Below, piece after piece: positions 40,063 to 49,585 of a stretch of 52,780 bases of DNA. The stretch covers positions 1 to 52,780 of the forward strand of contig CASEWT010000002.1 of NCBI GenBank assembly GCA_949291655.1. Reading direction: 5' to 3'. The translations under genes and the position numbers were made by a program. Within the stretch, counting starts at the first letter, position 1. The number at the start of each line of letters is the position of its first letter. Source of the DNA: an uncultured Bacillota bacterium (GTDB lineage: Bacteria > Bacillota_I > Bacilli_A > RFN20 > CAG-826). Under the pieces are notes generated by a model, which worked only from the letters and a program-made list of their open reading frames with translations, was not told where the DNA came from and did no database searches.

Positions 40063-42531
40063 TTATTCGCTTTCTTTCTTTTCCGCGGAAGCCTTGGGGG
40101 CCTCGTTCCCGCCAGAAGTCGGAGCCGCCGGGGCGGCCTTGCTAACTTCCTTGGCCTCCGCATCGATCGGGGCCGGCGAAGGCTCGGGATCTTTTTTGAC
40201 AAGTCGGACATTGAGGAGATTGAGGGAAGTGTCGACGGCAATCCTCTCGTTCATCTCCTTGAAGAGGTCATAGCCCTCATTCACGTAATCCTGAAGCGGA
40301 TTGGTATGGGCGTAGCTGCGAAGGCCGATGCCTTCCCGGAGATGAGCCATCGTGTCGATGTGGGTTTGCCAGTTCTTGTCGATGACGCGGAGCGAAAGCT
40401 GCCGTTCGACCATGTCGGCCTGGGTTGCCGGCCACTGCTTCCGCTTTTCGAGATAGGAGGCATAGAGCATTTCGCCAAGGTCCTCGCCGGCCTCCTCGTA
40501 AGGAGCCCCGTCATAGGCCTGGACGTTGATGCTTCCCTCGGGGAGGAAGCGGGGCTCGACGAGCCGCTTGAGCATCGTGCCGACGATTACCTCGTCGTTG
40601 GTCGACTTGTCGACGGCTTTCTTCGCAAGCTCCGAGCCGGAGGTCAGGAAGAAGTCGTGGATGAGATCGACGATATCCCCCGCCATGAGAATCGCGTCGC
40701 GCTTCTTGTAGATGATGTCCCGCTGCTTGGCAAGGACGTCGTCGTAGTCTTTGAGGTTCTTCCGGACATCGAAGTTCTTGCCCTCGATTTGCTTCTGGGC
40801 ATTCGTGACGGCATTGGTCAGCATCTTCGAATCGTAGCTATCGTCCTTCAGTTGGTTGGCAAAGAGGGTCCGGAGGTTTTCGGGAGCGAAACGGCGCATC
40901 AATTCGTCGTCGAAGCTCACGAAGAAACGGGAATAGCCTGGATCCCCCTGACGTCCGCTACGGCCGCGCAGCTGATTGTCGATGCGGCGAGATTCGTGGC
41001 GCTCGGTTCCGAAGACGCAAAGGCCGCCGAGGTCGGCGACGCCCGGAGCCAGCTTGATGTCGGTACCCCGGCCGGCCATGTTGGTCGCAAGGGTCACAGC
41101 GCCCTTCTCGCCGGCATGGGAAATGATCTCGGCTTCGCGAGCCTGATTCTTCGCGTTCAAGACTTCATGGGGGACGTGGGCCTCGTCGAGGAGCTTGCTG
41201 ATTTCGAGGTTGCTTTCGACCGAAACGGTACCGATGAGGATCGGCTGCCCCTTCTCGTGACGCTCCTGGACCGCCTTGACGAGCGCCTTGAGCTTGGCGC
41301 TATGCGTAGCGAAGATGAGGTCGGTGTCGTCGATCCGCTGGACCGGCCGGTTGGTCGGGATGCAGACGACTTTCATGTTGTAGATGGTCTGAAATTCCTC
41401 TTCCTCGGTCTTGGCCGTGCCGGTCATGCCGGAAAGCTTTCCGTAGAGGCGGAAGAAGTTCTGGTAAGTAATCGTGGCAAGGACGACGGTCTCCTGCTTG
41501 ATCTCGACCCCTTCCTTGGCCTGGATGGCTTGCTGAAGGCCGTCATTGTATTCGCGGCCCGGCATGATGCGGCCGGTGAATTGGTCGATGAGCTGGATCT
41601 TGTGCTCTTTGTCGACCATGTACTCGACGTCGCGGGCCATGATGTAGTTGGCCTTGAGAGCCTGGTGAATCCGGTGGACGAGATCGCTGTTCTCCGGATC
41701 GTATAGCGAGTGGATGCCGAACATCTTTTCGGCCTTGTCGTTCCCCGAATCGGTCAGGGCAGCCGTCTTGTCCTTCACGTCGATGGTGAAGTCGACGTCG
41801 CGCCTAAGACGCTTCACGAAACGGTCGGCCACTTGATACTGGCTGGCCGGGGCTCTCGAGCCGCCGGAAATGATAAGCGGGGTCCGCGATTCATCGATCA
41901 AGATGGAGTCGGCTTCGTCGACGATGGTGTAATGGAGTCCGCGGAGAACCCGCCCCTTGAGGGAGGGGGCCATGTTGTCGCGGAGGTAATCGAAACCGAG
42001 TTCGCTATTCGTCGTGTAGGTGATGTCGCAAGCGTAGGCCTCGCGCTTTTCGGAGGTCGATTTAGCCGCGAGGTTAACGCCGACGGTAAGGCCGAGGAAA
42101 CGGTAGATCTGACCCATCCACTCGGCATCACGTTCAGCCAGATATTCGTTGACCGTGACGACGTGGACACCCTTGCCAGCCAAGGCATTGAGATAAACGG
42201 CCATCGTGGCGGTAAGGGTCTTGCCCTCGCCGGTCTTCATTTCGGCCACGTCGCCGTTGTTGAGGACGAGAGCACCGACGATCTGGACCTTGAAGGGTTT
42301 CTGGTGGAGGACCCGCCAAGCCGCTTCCCGGGCGACGGCAAAGGCTTCGAATTTGATCGATTCAAGGGTTTCGCCCTTGGCCAAGCGGTCCTGGAATTCC
42401 TTCGTTTTGGCAATGAGTTCCTCGTCGCTCAGCTTCCCCATCTGCTCGTCATAGGCCATAACGCGGTCGGCTTCCCGCATGTAGCGGTCCAGCTCGCGCC
42501 TTTCGAAGAATTTTTGGATGAAATTGCTCAC
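40063..42531 (-). CDS. secA: Preprotein translocase ATPase SecA
   Basis: 822 aa with MKTGEGKTL Walker A, DEADSILIDE and TNMAGRGTDI motifs. It lacks a C-terminal zinc finger and ends in a short Ala/Pro/Lys-rich tail. Confidence 0.98.
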   Translation of the reverse strand: MSNFIQKFFERRELDRYMREADRVMAYDEQMGKLSDEELIAKTKEFQDRLAKGETLESIKFEAFAVAREAAWRVLHQKPFKVQIVGALVLNNGDVAEMKTGEGKTLTATMAVYLNALAGKGVHVVTVNEYLAERDAEWMGQIYRFLGLTVGVNLAAKSTSEKREAYACDITYTTNSELGFDYLRDNMAPSLKGRVLRGLHYTIVDEADSILIDESRTPLIISGGSRAPASQYQVADRFVKRLRRDVDFTIDVKDKTAALTDSGNDKAEKMFGIHSLYDPENSDLVHRIHQALKANYIMARDVEYMVDKEHKIQLIDQFTGRIMPGREYNDGLQQAIQAKEGVEIKQETVVLATITYQNFFRLYGKLSGMTGTAKTEEEEFQTIYNMKVVCIPTNRPVQRIDDTDLIFATHSAKLKALVKAVQERHEKGQPILIGTVSVESNLEISKLLDEAHVPHEVLNAKNQAREAEIISHAGEKGAVTLATNMAGRGTDIKLAPGVADLGGLCVFGTERHESRRIDNQLRGRSGRQGDPGYSRFFVSFDDELMRRFAPENLRTLFANQLKDDSYDSKMLTNAVTNAQKQIEGKNFDVRKNLKDYDDVLAKQRDIIYKKRDAILMAGDIVDLIHDFFLTSGSELAKKAVDKSTNDEVIVGTMLKRLVEPRFLPEGSINVQAYDGAPYEEAGEDLGEMLYASYLEKRKQWPATQADMVERQLSLRVIDKNWQTHIDTMAHLREGIGLRSYAHTNPLQDYVNEGYDLFKEMNERIAVDTSLNLLNVRLVKKDPEPSPAPIDAEAKEVSKAAPAAPTSGGNEAPKASAEKKESE

Positions 42532-42557
42532 GTTCGTGTCCTCGTTAAAAAACCGGG

Positions 42558-43235
42558 TTAGATGATACCATCATGCGCGCATGAGGGCAATTCAGGGTCC
42601 TCGGAACCGCCAAAGCCCCGATGTCCGCTGTTCCTTTTGCCTACCCTTGAAAGAAAGAAGAAGGCCAGCGACTTCGGCTTTTCGGCAAGGATGAGCTTCG
42701 CGGCAGCCGCGGCCGTCGAGCCGGTCGTCAAGACGTCGTCGACGAAGAGAACTCTTTTCCCGCGAAGGGCCTCTCCCCCTTCGATGGCGAGGCGTTTGCC
42801 GACTTCTTGCCGCTCCTTGAGGCTGCTTCCGGCTTGCTTGACCCGTTCCGTCTTCCGGAGGACCTTGGCCATGGGAAGGCCCAATGCCTTGAAGATTTCC
42901 TCAACGTGATTGAACCCTCTCTCGGCATCGTCCTCGCGATGGCTCGGGGCCGGAACCAAAATGCAGCCGAGAAAGAAAAGACGCAAAAAGAACGCGGTTT
43001 TACATAGGAAAACGGGGGCAATGGCAAGATCCGAACATCCTTTCAAGCGATAGAGGGAGGTCTTGAAGAAGTCATTGTATTCGTAAAGGGAATAGGCCTT
43101 TCGCCCCATGAAAGCAAAACTTTCGAGGCGCGGCTTGAACTTGCTGTAGCAAGAAGGGCAAATGACCCCCGGCGAATAGAGATCGCTCCAACTAGCTTCG
43201 TGATATTCGTTAAGGCAATTTAAGCAGAAACTCAT
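42558..43235 (-). CDS. comFC: ComF family protein (ComFC, phosphoribosyltransferase-like)
   Basis: 225 aa with N-terminal Cys pairs (CLNC...CPSC) and the PRT motif VLFVDDVLTTGST. Confidence 0.82.
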   Translation of the reverse strand: MSFCLNCLNEYHEASWSDLYSPGVICPSCYSKFKPRLESFAFMGRKAYSLYEYNDFFKTSLYRLKGCSDLAIAPVFLCKTAFFLRLFFLGCILVPAPSHREDDAERGFNHVEEIFKALGLPMAKVLRKTERVKQAGSSLKERQEVGKRLAIEGGEALRGKRVLFVDDVLTTGSTAAAAAKLILAEKPKSLAFFFLSRVGKRNSGHRGFGGSEDPELPSCAHDGII

Positions 43236-44382
43236 TGCTCCTCCTTATCTCCGCGACGGCGGCTTCCATCGAGGCTGTCTTTTTCTCGCATAGGAACAAG
43301 ACGTCGCCTCCCGGGCAGGAGGCTTTCCGGCCTGCCCGGCCGGCGATTTGGATAAGAGTCGCGGCATCGTATATCGACTCCCGATCGGCATCGGCGACAA
43401 TGACGTGAAGGCCTTCCACCGTCACCCCGCGTTCCAGGACGGAAGTGGTCACCAAGTAATCGAGTTGCCTCTTCTTGAAACGCCGGATCTTCTCTTCGCG
43501 CAAAGGATCTTCGCTATGAACGAAAGAGCCCCTCGGAAAGAAGGGCCGGAGCTGGAGGAACAAGCGCTCGGAATCGGCCTTCGAAGGAACGAAGACGAGG
43601 CAAGGCCTCCCTTCTTTTCGGTAAGAGCGAAGGCGGCTTCCGATGCGCAGGGCTTTCAAGGGCGAGGGTACGTAATAAATGTCAGGGACCGGCATCGGAT
43701 GGCGGTGAAACCGCGTCCGCAGCTCGAGCACTTCCCGGCCCGGCGCCGAATAGGCGGCGATCAGCTCCTTTGAAGGGGTCGCGGTAAGGAGGACCGTTCG
43801 CCCTCTCACCGAACGTTCGTAGAAAGCGTGGAGGACCGCGTCGCCCTTGAAAGGAAAAGCATCGATCTCGTCCATGACCAGAAGATCGAAATACCGCTCG
43901 TAGCGGAAAAGCTGATGGGTCGTAAGAATGACGATGTCGCCTTCGAGGTCTTCGCTGTGGCCGCCGTAGACGGCTACCACCTTATTGCGCGGGAAGGCCT
44001 CCTTTATCCTTTCGCAAAGCTCGATGACCACATCCCGGCGAGGAAGGGCAAAGCCGACCTGCATTCCTTTGGAAAGGGCGCAGGCGATGACGCCGTAGGA
44101 AAGCTCGGTCTTCCCGGCCCCGCAGACGGCATAGACGAGCGAATCGACCCCGCGGATGAAATTGGCAACCAGTTTCTTCGAAATAGCGGCCTGCTCTTCG
44201 CTCAGGGAATACTTCAGCTCGAGATGGGGTTCGGTGATCTCTCCGGCTCTTTTTTCTGCGCTCTTCCCGGAAAAAGGAAGGCACTTCCGACAATATGGCA
44301 CCCCGCCTTTCCAGCCGAAAGCCCGCGGGTCGGAGTTGCCGCACCGCGGGCAGGCAAGGCTTTGCTTCCTCGGGGATTCCAC
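43210..44382 (-). CDS. comFA: ComFA-like DEAD/DEAH-box helicase (start uncertain)
   Basis: It has an N-terminal zinc ribbon (CPRCG...CRKC), Walker A CGAGKTE, DEID and helicase C motifs (QIAGRAGR). The track ORF extends to 44511 but overlaps rpiB. An in-frame GTG at 44382 is possible, but there is no good SD. Confidence 0.8.
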   Translation of the reverse strand: MESPRKQSLACPRCGNSDPRAFGWKGGVPYCRKCLPFSGKSAEKRAGEITEPHLELKYSLSEEQAAISKKLVANFIRGVDSLVYAVCGAGKTELSYGVIACALSKGMQVGFALPRRDVVIELCERIKEAFPRNKVVAVYGGHSEDLEGDIVILTTHQLFRYERYFDLLVMDEIDAFPFKGDAVLHAFYERSVRGRTVLLTATPSKELIAAYSAPGREVLELRTRFHRHPMPVPDIYYVPSPLKALRIGSRLRSYRKEGRPCLVFVPSKADSERLFLQLRPFFPRGSFVHSEDPLREEKIRRFKKRQLDYLVTTSVLERGVTVEGLHVIVADADRESIYDAATLIQIAGRAGRKASCPGGDVLFLCEKKTASMEAAVAEIRRSNEFLLKLP

Positions 44383-44420
44383 ACCCCTATATAGCGCCGA
44401 AAAGGAACTTGGGCCCGAAA

Positions 44421-44858
44421 TCAGAAAATCTTGTCGAGCTCCTCGACCCGCCGGGCATGGCGCCCGCCGGCAAAAGGAGTCGAAAGGAAGACGTCGAGCC
44501 TCTTCAGGCAATCCTCGGCACTCATTTCGCGCTCTCCGAAGGCAATCATGTTCGCATTGTTGTGCTCACGCATGAGACGGGCCACTTCGTCGTTGTAGCC
44601 AATGCCGCAGCGAATGCCACGGACTTTGTTCGCGGCAATCGAAATCCCGATGGCCGACCCGCAGCAAACGACCCCATAGGTTGCTTCGTCGTTGGCCACC
44701 AGCCGGGCGGCCGCCTCGCCGTAAATCGGGTAGTCGACGCTCGACGTGCCGTCATCGGCCCCGACGTCGATGACCTCATAGCCGGCTTTGAGCAAATGCT
44801 CCTTGATCCTTTCCTTCAGGATGTAGCCGGCATGGTCGCTTCCGAGAGCAATTTTCAT
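44421..44858 (-). CDS. rpiB: Ribose-5-phosphate isomerase B
   Basis: MKIALGSDHAGY... and CGSAIGISIAANK are RpiB/LacAB motifs. The ATG at 44858 forms an ATGA overlap with the tsaC stop, with GGAGGG SD upstream. Confidence 0.93.
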   Translation of the reverse strand: MKIALGSDHAGYILKERIKEHLLKAGYEVIDVGADDGTSSVDYPIYGEAAARLVANDEATYGVVCCGSAIGISIAANKVRGIRCGIGYNDEVARLMREHNNANMIAFGEREMSAEDCLKRLDVFLSTPFAGGRHARRVEELDKIF

Positions 44859-45460
44859 CGTTTCTCCCTCCAAACCTTTTCAATGTCTTCGAGATGAATC
44901 TCCCCTTGACGCACGAGCTTCGGCTCGTCCCCGGAAAGATCGATGACGGTCGTCGCGACCTTGGAAACACAATCGCCACCGACGAAGGCGTCGACCCCCG
45001 CGGGAAAATAGGCCTTTGCCTCTTCCAGGGTTAGGGCGGATCTTTCCCCGGCGATGTTGGCGCTCGTCACCAGGCACGGGCAGCCAGCCGCCTTCAGCAC
45101 TTCGACCGCCACCGCCCCCGCGGGAACCCGGACCCCAACGATTCCGGTTCCGAGATCGCATTGCCACGGGAGCCCCTTTGCGCATCGGCAGAGAAACGTC
45201 ACCTGCCCCGGGAGGAAAGCAGCCATCGCCTCTTTCCTCCTTTCGTCGACCTCGAGGAAGGGCCAGGCTTCCTCCAGGGAGGAAAACATCATCGAAAAAG
45301 GTTTTTCCGGCGGCCTTTTCTTCAATTTGACAAGGGTTTTGTAGGCGTTTTCTTGATTATAGCCAACGCCGATACCGTAAACGGTCTCCGTCGGAAAGAC
45401 AGCGATGCCGCCATTGGCTAGAGCCCTTCCGGCCGCTTGGATTTCTTCCTTGATGCCCAT
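44855..45460 (-). CDS. tsaC: L-threonylcarbamoyladenylate synthase (YrdC/YwlC/TsaC family)
   Basis: GGIAVFPTETVYGIG and VTSANIAGE motifs are present. The likely start is Met14 of the track ORF (45460), just after the prmC stop. Confidence 0.88.
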   Translation of the reverse strand: MGIKEEIQAAGRALANGGIAVFPTETVYGIGVGYNQENAYKTLVKLKKRPPEKPFSMMFSSLEEAWPFLEVDERRKEAMAAFLPGQVTFLCRCAKGLPWQCDLGTGIVGVRVPAGAVAVEVLKAAGCPCLVTSANIAGERSALTLEEAKAYFPAGVDAFVGGDCVSKVATTVIDLSGDEPKLVRQGEIHLEDIEKVWREKR

Positions 45461-45461
45461 A

Positions 45462-46304
45462 TCAGTCAACGTCAATGACCAAGAAACGGAGCAGGCCATT
45501 GCTGTCCTCCATGAATTCGTAGGAATAGTCCTTGAGATACTCGCCCATGAGCTTGGTCAAATACTCCGTGAGCTCGGGGCTGATTTCAAAGAAGAGGACG
45601 ATCGGTCCCTTCTTCACATCGTCCAAGCGGGAAAGAATCTTTTGGTAAACGTTGTCATCCGGATTGAAAAGCAGCGCCCCCTCGGGTTCGTAGTTCGCGA
45701 CGGAGGGCTGGACATACTCCCCTTCGGTGATATAAGGCGGGTTCGAAATGATAACGTCTAGTTTCCGCCCGCTTTTAATGTACGGCTCAAGACTATCCCC
45801 GAGCAGCGGGACAATCTGGCTGCCGGCCGAGGCAATGTTTTCCTTGGCAACCTCCAAGGCCCCCTCCGAGACGTCGGAGGCATAGACGAAGAAGTTCGGG
45901 AAAGCATCCTTGACCGCGATGGCAATGCAGCCCGATCCGGTTCCGATATCGGCGACGGCCAGCATGTTCCGCGGATTGAAATAGTCGCCGATCCGCTCGC
46001 TGAAGGCGGCGACCAGCTCCTCGGTTTCCAGCCGCGGGATGAGAACCCGGCGGTCGACCTTGAGCTTCCGCGTCAGGAATTCGGCTTCCCCGATGATGTA
46101 TTCGACCGGCTCATCGTTCAATAGGCGCTTCATCCCCTCCTCGAAGGCGGCAAGGTTCTTCATTTCGCGCTTGCCCTCCGTGATGACGTCGAGCTGGTCC
46201 CGGAGATGCTCAAAGTGGACCAAGAGGCGCCGAACATCCATCGAATAGATGCCCTTTTCCTTCGCCAGCTTGGCGTATTTGGAATAAGCTTCGACGATGG
46301 TCAT
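45462..46304 (-). CDS. prmC: Release-factor glutamine N5-methyltransferase
   Basis: 280 aa with the SAM motif ADIGTGSGCIA and the catalytic IISNPPYI. It has a 4-nt overlap with prfA. Confidence 0.93.
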   Translation of the reverse strand: MTIVEAYSKYAKLAKEKGIYSMDVRRLLVHFEHLRDQLDVITEGKREMKNLAAFEEGMKRLLNDEPVEYIIGEAEFLTRKLKVDRRVLIPRLETEELVAAFSERIGDYFNPRNMLAVADIGTGSGCIAIAVKDAFPNFFVYASDVSEGALEVAKENIASAGSQIVPLLGDSLEPYIKSGRKLDVIISNPPYITEGEYVQPSVANYEPEGALLFNPDDNVYQKILSRLDDVKKGPIVLFFEISPELTEYLTKLMGEYLKDYSYEFMEDSNGLLRFLVIDVD

Positions 46305-47371
46305 TTCATTTCAAGGAGCCGCTGCTCCTGGTCATAGTGGATAAGGGCTTCGACGATTGGCTCGAGCTCGCCTTCCATCACCCGGTCGAGGGTATTGACC
46401 GTAAAGCCGATCCGATGGTCTGTCACCCGGTTTTGGGGATAGTTGTAGGTCCGGATCTTTTCGCTTCGCTCGCCGGTTCCGACCTTCAGCTTCCGCTCGG
46501 AAGAACGGGCCTCGTCAATCTTCGACTGGTAGAAATCGTGAACCTTGGCCCGAATCATTTGCATGCAGATTTCCTTGTTCTGGAGTTGGGCTTTCTCGGT
46601 CTGGCAGCTCACGACGATCCCGGTCGGGATGTGGGTAATCCTAACGGCCGATTCGGTCTTGTTGACGTTCTGCCCGCCGGCGCCCTGCGAACGGTAAGTG
46701 TCGATCTTGAGGTCGCTCGGGTTGATCTTGACGTCGACCTCCTCGGCTTCCGGCATCACAAGAACGGTCGCTGTCGAAGTGTGGATGCGGCCCGAGGCTT
46801 CGGTCTTCGGGACCCGCTGGACCCGATGGGCCCCGCTTTCGAACTTCAGCTTGGAATAGACGTTCTCGCCCTTGATCATGAACGAGACGTAGGAATAGCC
46901 GCCAGCCGCCCCTTCCTCGCTATCGATGTACTTGACCTTCCAGCCTTGGCTCTCGGCATAGCGGACGTACATCCTTTCCAGATCGCCGGCAAAGAGATTC
47001 GCTTCGTCGCCGCCGACCGCGCCCCGGATCTCGACGATGATGTTTTTCTTGTCGTTGGGGTCTTGGGGAATGAGCTCGGACTCGAAGTTCTTTTCCATCT
47101 CTTCAAGCTGGGCGCCGATTTTCTTCCGCTCGTCCTTCATGAGATCGGCCAGTTCGGGATCGTTATTTCCGTCGATGTCCCTGAGATCGGATTCCAGCTT
47201 CCGGTAAGCCGCGTAGTCTTCGTTTGTCTTTTCAAGGGAAGCCCGCTCCTTGCTCAGGTCGGTCAGCCGCTTGATGTCGCTTCCGATGTCGGGGGAAGAA
47301 AGTTCTTCTTCGATCTCGGCAAAGCGTTTCCTTACCGCCTCGAGGCGGTTTCTCATCGTTTCTTCCATCAT
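46301..47371 (-). CDS. prfA: Peptide chain release factor 1
   Basis: 356 aa with the PKT tripeptide (RVPKTEA) and GGQ (GAGGQNVNK). Confidence 0.97.
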   Translation of the reverse strand: MMEETMRNRLEAVRKRFAEIEEELSSPDIGSDIKRLTDLSKERASLEKTNEDYAAYRKLESDLRDIDGNNDPELADLMKDERKKIGAQLEEMEKNFESELIPQDPNDKKNIIVEIRGAVGGDEANLFAGDLERMYVRYAESQGWKVKYIDSEEGAAGGYSYVSFMIKGENVYSKLKFESGAHRVQRVPKTEASGRIHTSTATVLVMPEAEEVDVKINPSDLKIDTYRSQGAGGQNVNKTESAVRITHIPTGIVVSCQTEKAQLQNKEICMQMIRAKVHDFYQSKIDEARSSERKLKVGTGERSEKIRTYNYPQNRVTDHRIGFTVNTLDRVMEGELEPIVEALIHYDQEQRLLEMK

Positions 47372-47449
47372 AAAGCGGACGCATTATAGCATTAAGGACC
47401 CCTTCCATAATGGAAGGAGGATGGCCCGAAGGCTATAATCACGGGTGGA

Positions 47450-49264
47450 ATGTCATACAAAGCCCTTTACCTCAAGTACCGCCCGCAAGCTTTCGACGAG
47501 GTTGCCGGTCAAAAGGCCGTCGTCGGGACGCTCCGCAACGCCCTCGCGAGCGGGAAAATCGCCCACGCCTATCTTTTCGCTGGCCCCCGAGGGACCGGAA
47601 AAACCTCGATGGCCCGCCTCTTTGCCAAGGCTCTCGATTGCGAAGAAGGGGTCGGCCACCAATGCAATAAATGCGAAAACTGCCTGGCAATAAGCGAAGG
47701 GGGCCACCCCGACGTCATCGAGATCGACGCCGCTTCCAATAACGGGGTCGACCAGGTCCGCGACCTCATCGACAAGATCAAGTACGCGCCCATCAAGGGA
47801 CGCTACAAGGTCTACATCATCGACGAAGTCCACATGATGTCGACCGGAGCCTTCAACGCCCTCCTCAAAACCCTCGAAGAACCGCCGGAGAACGTCGTCT
47901 TCATTCTCTGCACGACCGAGCCCCACAAAGTCCTTCCGACGATTGTGAGCCGTTGCCAAAGGTTCGATTTCGCCAAGCTCACCGACGAGGAAATCGAAGA
48001 TAAGCTCGTCGAAGTCCTGGCTAAGGAAGGGATTTCCTATTCGAAAGAGTCCATCGACATCATCGTCTCCCTCTCCGACGGGGGGATGCGCGACGCCTAT
48101 TCGATCCTCGACCAAACCCTTGCCTATAGCGGAACGACCTTGAGCGAGGACGATGTCTATACCATATACGGCCTTGCCTCGAAGGCGGAAAAGATCGACC
48201 TCATTGAGAGCCTCCTTCGAAACGACCTTCCCCGCGTCATGGGAAAGATCGATGCTTACGCGATCAAAGGAATCGACTTCCGGCGTCTCACGAGCGACCT
48301 CATCGCCATTTTCCGGGACGTCCTTGTCTACGAAAAAAGCCACGAAGCTTCCCTCCTCCGCTTCATCAAGGAGGACGAGGCTCTTCCCTTGGCCTCGAAG
48401 ATCGACGTCCATCACCTCGTCGCCTTCATCGACGAACTGCTCGGCGCCCAGAATTCCTACAAATTCATCACGGATGTGCGGTCCCTTTTCGAATTGACGA
48501 TCCTCAAGCTTGCCTCGATCGACGACCACTACATGTTGATCGATGACCGGCCGGTCACGGTTTCTTCCTCTCCGAAGCCGGAAGCCAAGAAGGAAAATCC
48601 TTCCCCGGCCGAAAAAGCGGAGGTACCCCCTCCCCCGGCGAGCCCGTCTCCCGCCGCGCCTAAGGCCGAACCGAAGCCAGCCCCTGCCGAAGAGCCCAAA
48701 AGAAGCGAGCCCCCGGACTTCCTTTTCGCTCCCGATGAGCCGCTGCCCGAAGCCAAGCGCCCCGAGCCCAAAGCAATGCCTAAGCCGGCGCCGAAGCCGG
48801 ACCTCCCCAAGCTTGACACAAGCAAAATCGCCCATCCCCATCTCGAGACGTCCGGGGAAAGCTACAAGCTCGAAATGGACGACATCATGGCCATCATCGC
48901 CAACGCCTCGAAGCAGGAACGAAAGGACCTTTCGGAAAACTGGACGCGCTTGGAAACGCTCCGGGACGACGAGAAGTTCTCGGACATCGCAAGCCTCCTT
49001 ATCCAAGGAAATCCCTTCTGCCTCTCGGGCGAGGCCTTGATCTTGACCTTCGACTTCGACCGCCTCAAGGAACGGGTCAACATCAAAGCCAATCAACGGG
49101 GGCTCGAGGAAGTCATCCAAACCCTCATCGGGCACAAGGTCTTCGTCTATGCCCTCGGTCCCAACGAGCGAAGCGAAGTGATGAAGGCCTTCAACCAGCG
49201 GAAAATGGCACGCACCCTCCCCGCACGAGGTGAATGCCATCCCAATTTGCCGAAAGTCGACTAA
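47450..49264 (+). CDS. dnaX: DNA polymerase III subunits gamma/tau
   Basis: 604 aa with GPRGTGKTS Walker A, a zinc module (CEEGVGHQCNKCENC), the box VIIDEVHMMS, and a Pro/Ala/Lys-rich linker. Confidence 0.96.
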   Translation: MSYKALYLKYRPQAFDEVAGQKAVVGTLRNALASGKIAHAYLFAGPRGTGKTSMARLFAKALDCEEGVGHQCNKCENCLAISEGGHPDVIEIDAASNNGVDQVRDLIDKIKYAPIKGRYKVYIIDEVHMMSTGAFNALLKTLEEPPENVVFILCTTEPHKVLPTIVSRCQRFDFAKLTDEEIEDKLVEVLAKEGISYSKESIDIIVSLSDGGMRDAYSILDQTLAYSGTTLSEDDVYTIYGLASKAEKIDLIESLLRNDLPRVMGKIDAYAIKGIDFRRLTSDLIAIFRDVLVYEKSHEASLLRFIKEDEALPLASKIDVHHLVAFIDELLGAQNSYKFITDVRSLFELTILKLASIDDHYMLIDDRPVTVSSSPKPEAKKENPSPAEKAEVPPPPASPSPAAPKAEPKPAPAEEPKRSEPPDFLFAPDEPLPEAKRPEPKAMPKPAPKPDLPKLDTSKIAHPHLETSGESYKLEMDDIMAIIANASKQERKDLSENWTRLETLRDDEKFSDIASLLIQGNPFCLSGEALILTFDFDRLKERVNIKANQRGLEEVIQTLIGHKVFVYALGPNERSEVMKAFNQRKMARTLPARGECHPNLPKVD

Positions 49265-49279
49265 AAGGAGATATCGAAC

Positions 49280-49585
49280 ATGAACCAAATGCAGCAGCTG
49301 CTCATGCAGGCGAACAAGATGCAACGCGAGCTCCAAAAAGCTCACGATGCCTTGAATCAGAAGGAATTCACGGCCAGCAACGCCGGGATGGTCGAGGTCA
49401 CCCTCAAGGGCGACAAGACCCTCGTCAAGGTTGAAATCGATGAGGACGCCCTCGACAAGGACAACAAGGACATGCTCGAGCAAGCCATCGTCAACGCCGT
49501 GAACGAAGCCATCAAGAAAATCGCGGCCGAAGCCGAGAAGATCGACGAGGACATCACCGGGCGCAAGGGAGGGCTTCCCTTCTGA
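49280..49585 (+). CDS. ybaB: YbaB/EbfC nucleoid-associated protein
   Basis: 101 aa starting MNQMQQLLMQANKMQRELQKA..., which is typical of the family. It sits in the conserved position between dnaX and recR. Confidence 0.92.
   Translation: MNQMQQLLMQANKMQRELQKAHDALNQKEFTASNAGMVEVTLKGDKTLVKVEIDEDALDKDNKDMLEQAIVNAVNEAIKKIAAEAEKIDEDITGRKGGLPF

Noticed and set aside
48333-48339. An A6G run (GAA AAA AGC) inside dnaX, as a possible tau/gamma -1 frameshift or slippage site.
   Set aside because: The heptamer is in the wrong register for the E. coli-type A AAA AAG slip: the codons are xAA AAA AGx. The -1 frame stays open for about 55 more codons instead of stopping quickly. I see no downstream hairpin. 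Six A residues are also short for transcriptional slippage.
48540-48830. Repetitive Pro/Ala/Lys/Glu-rich coding stretch in dnaX, and a similar low-complexity tail in ricT (52600-52780), considered as possible tandem repeats or a CRISPR-like array.
   Set aside because: These are in-frame low-complexity linker regions of the proteins. There are no regularly spaced identical repeats. No CRISPR-type repeat-spacer periodicity occurs anywhere in the window.
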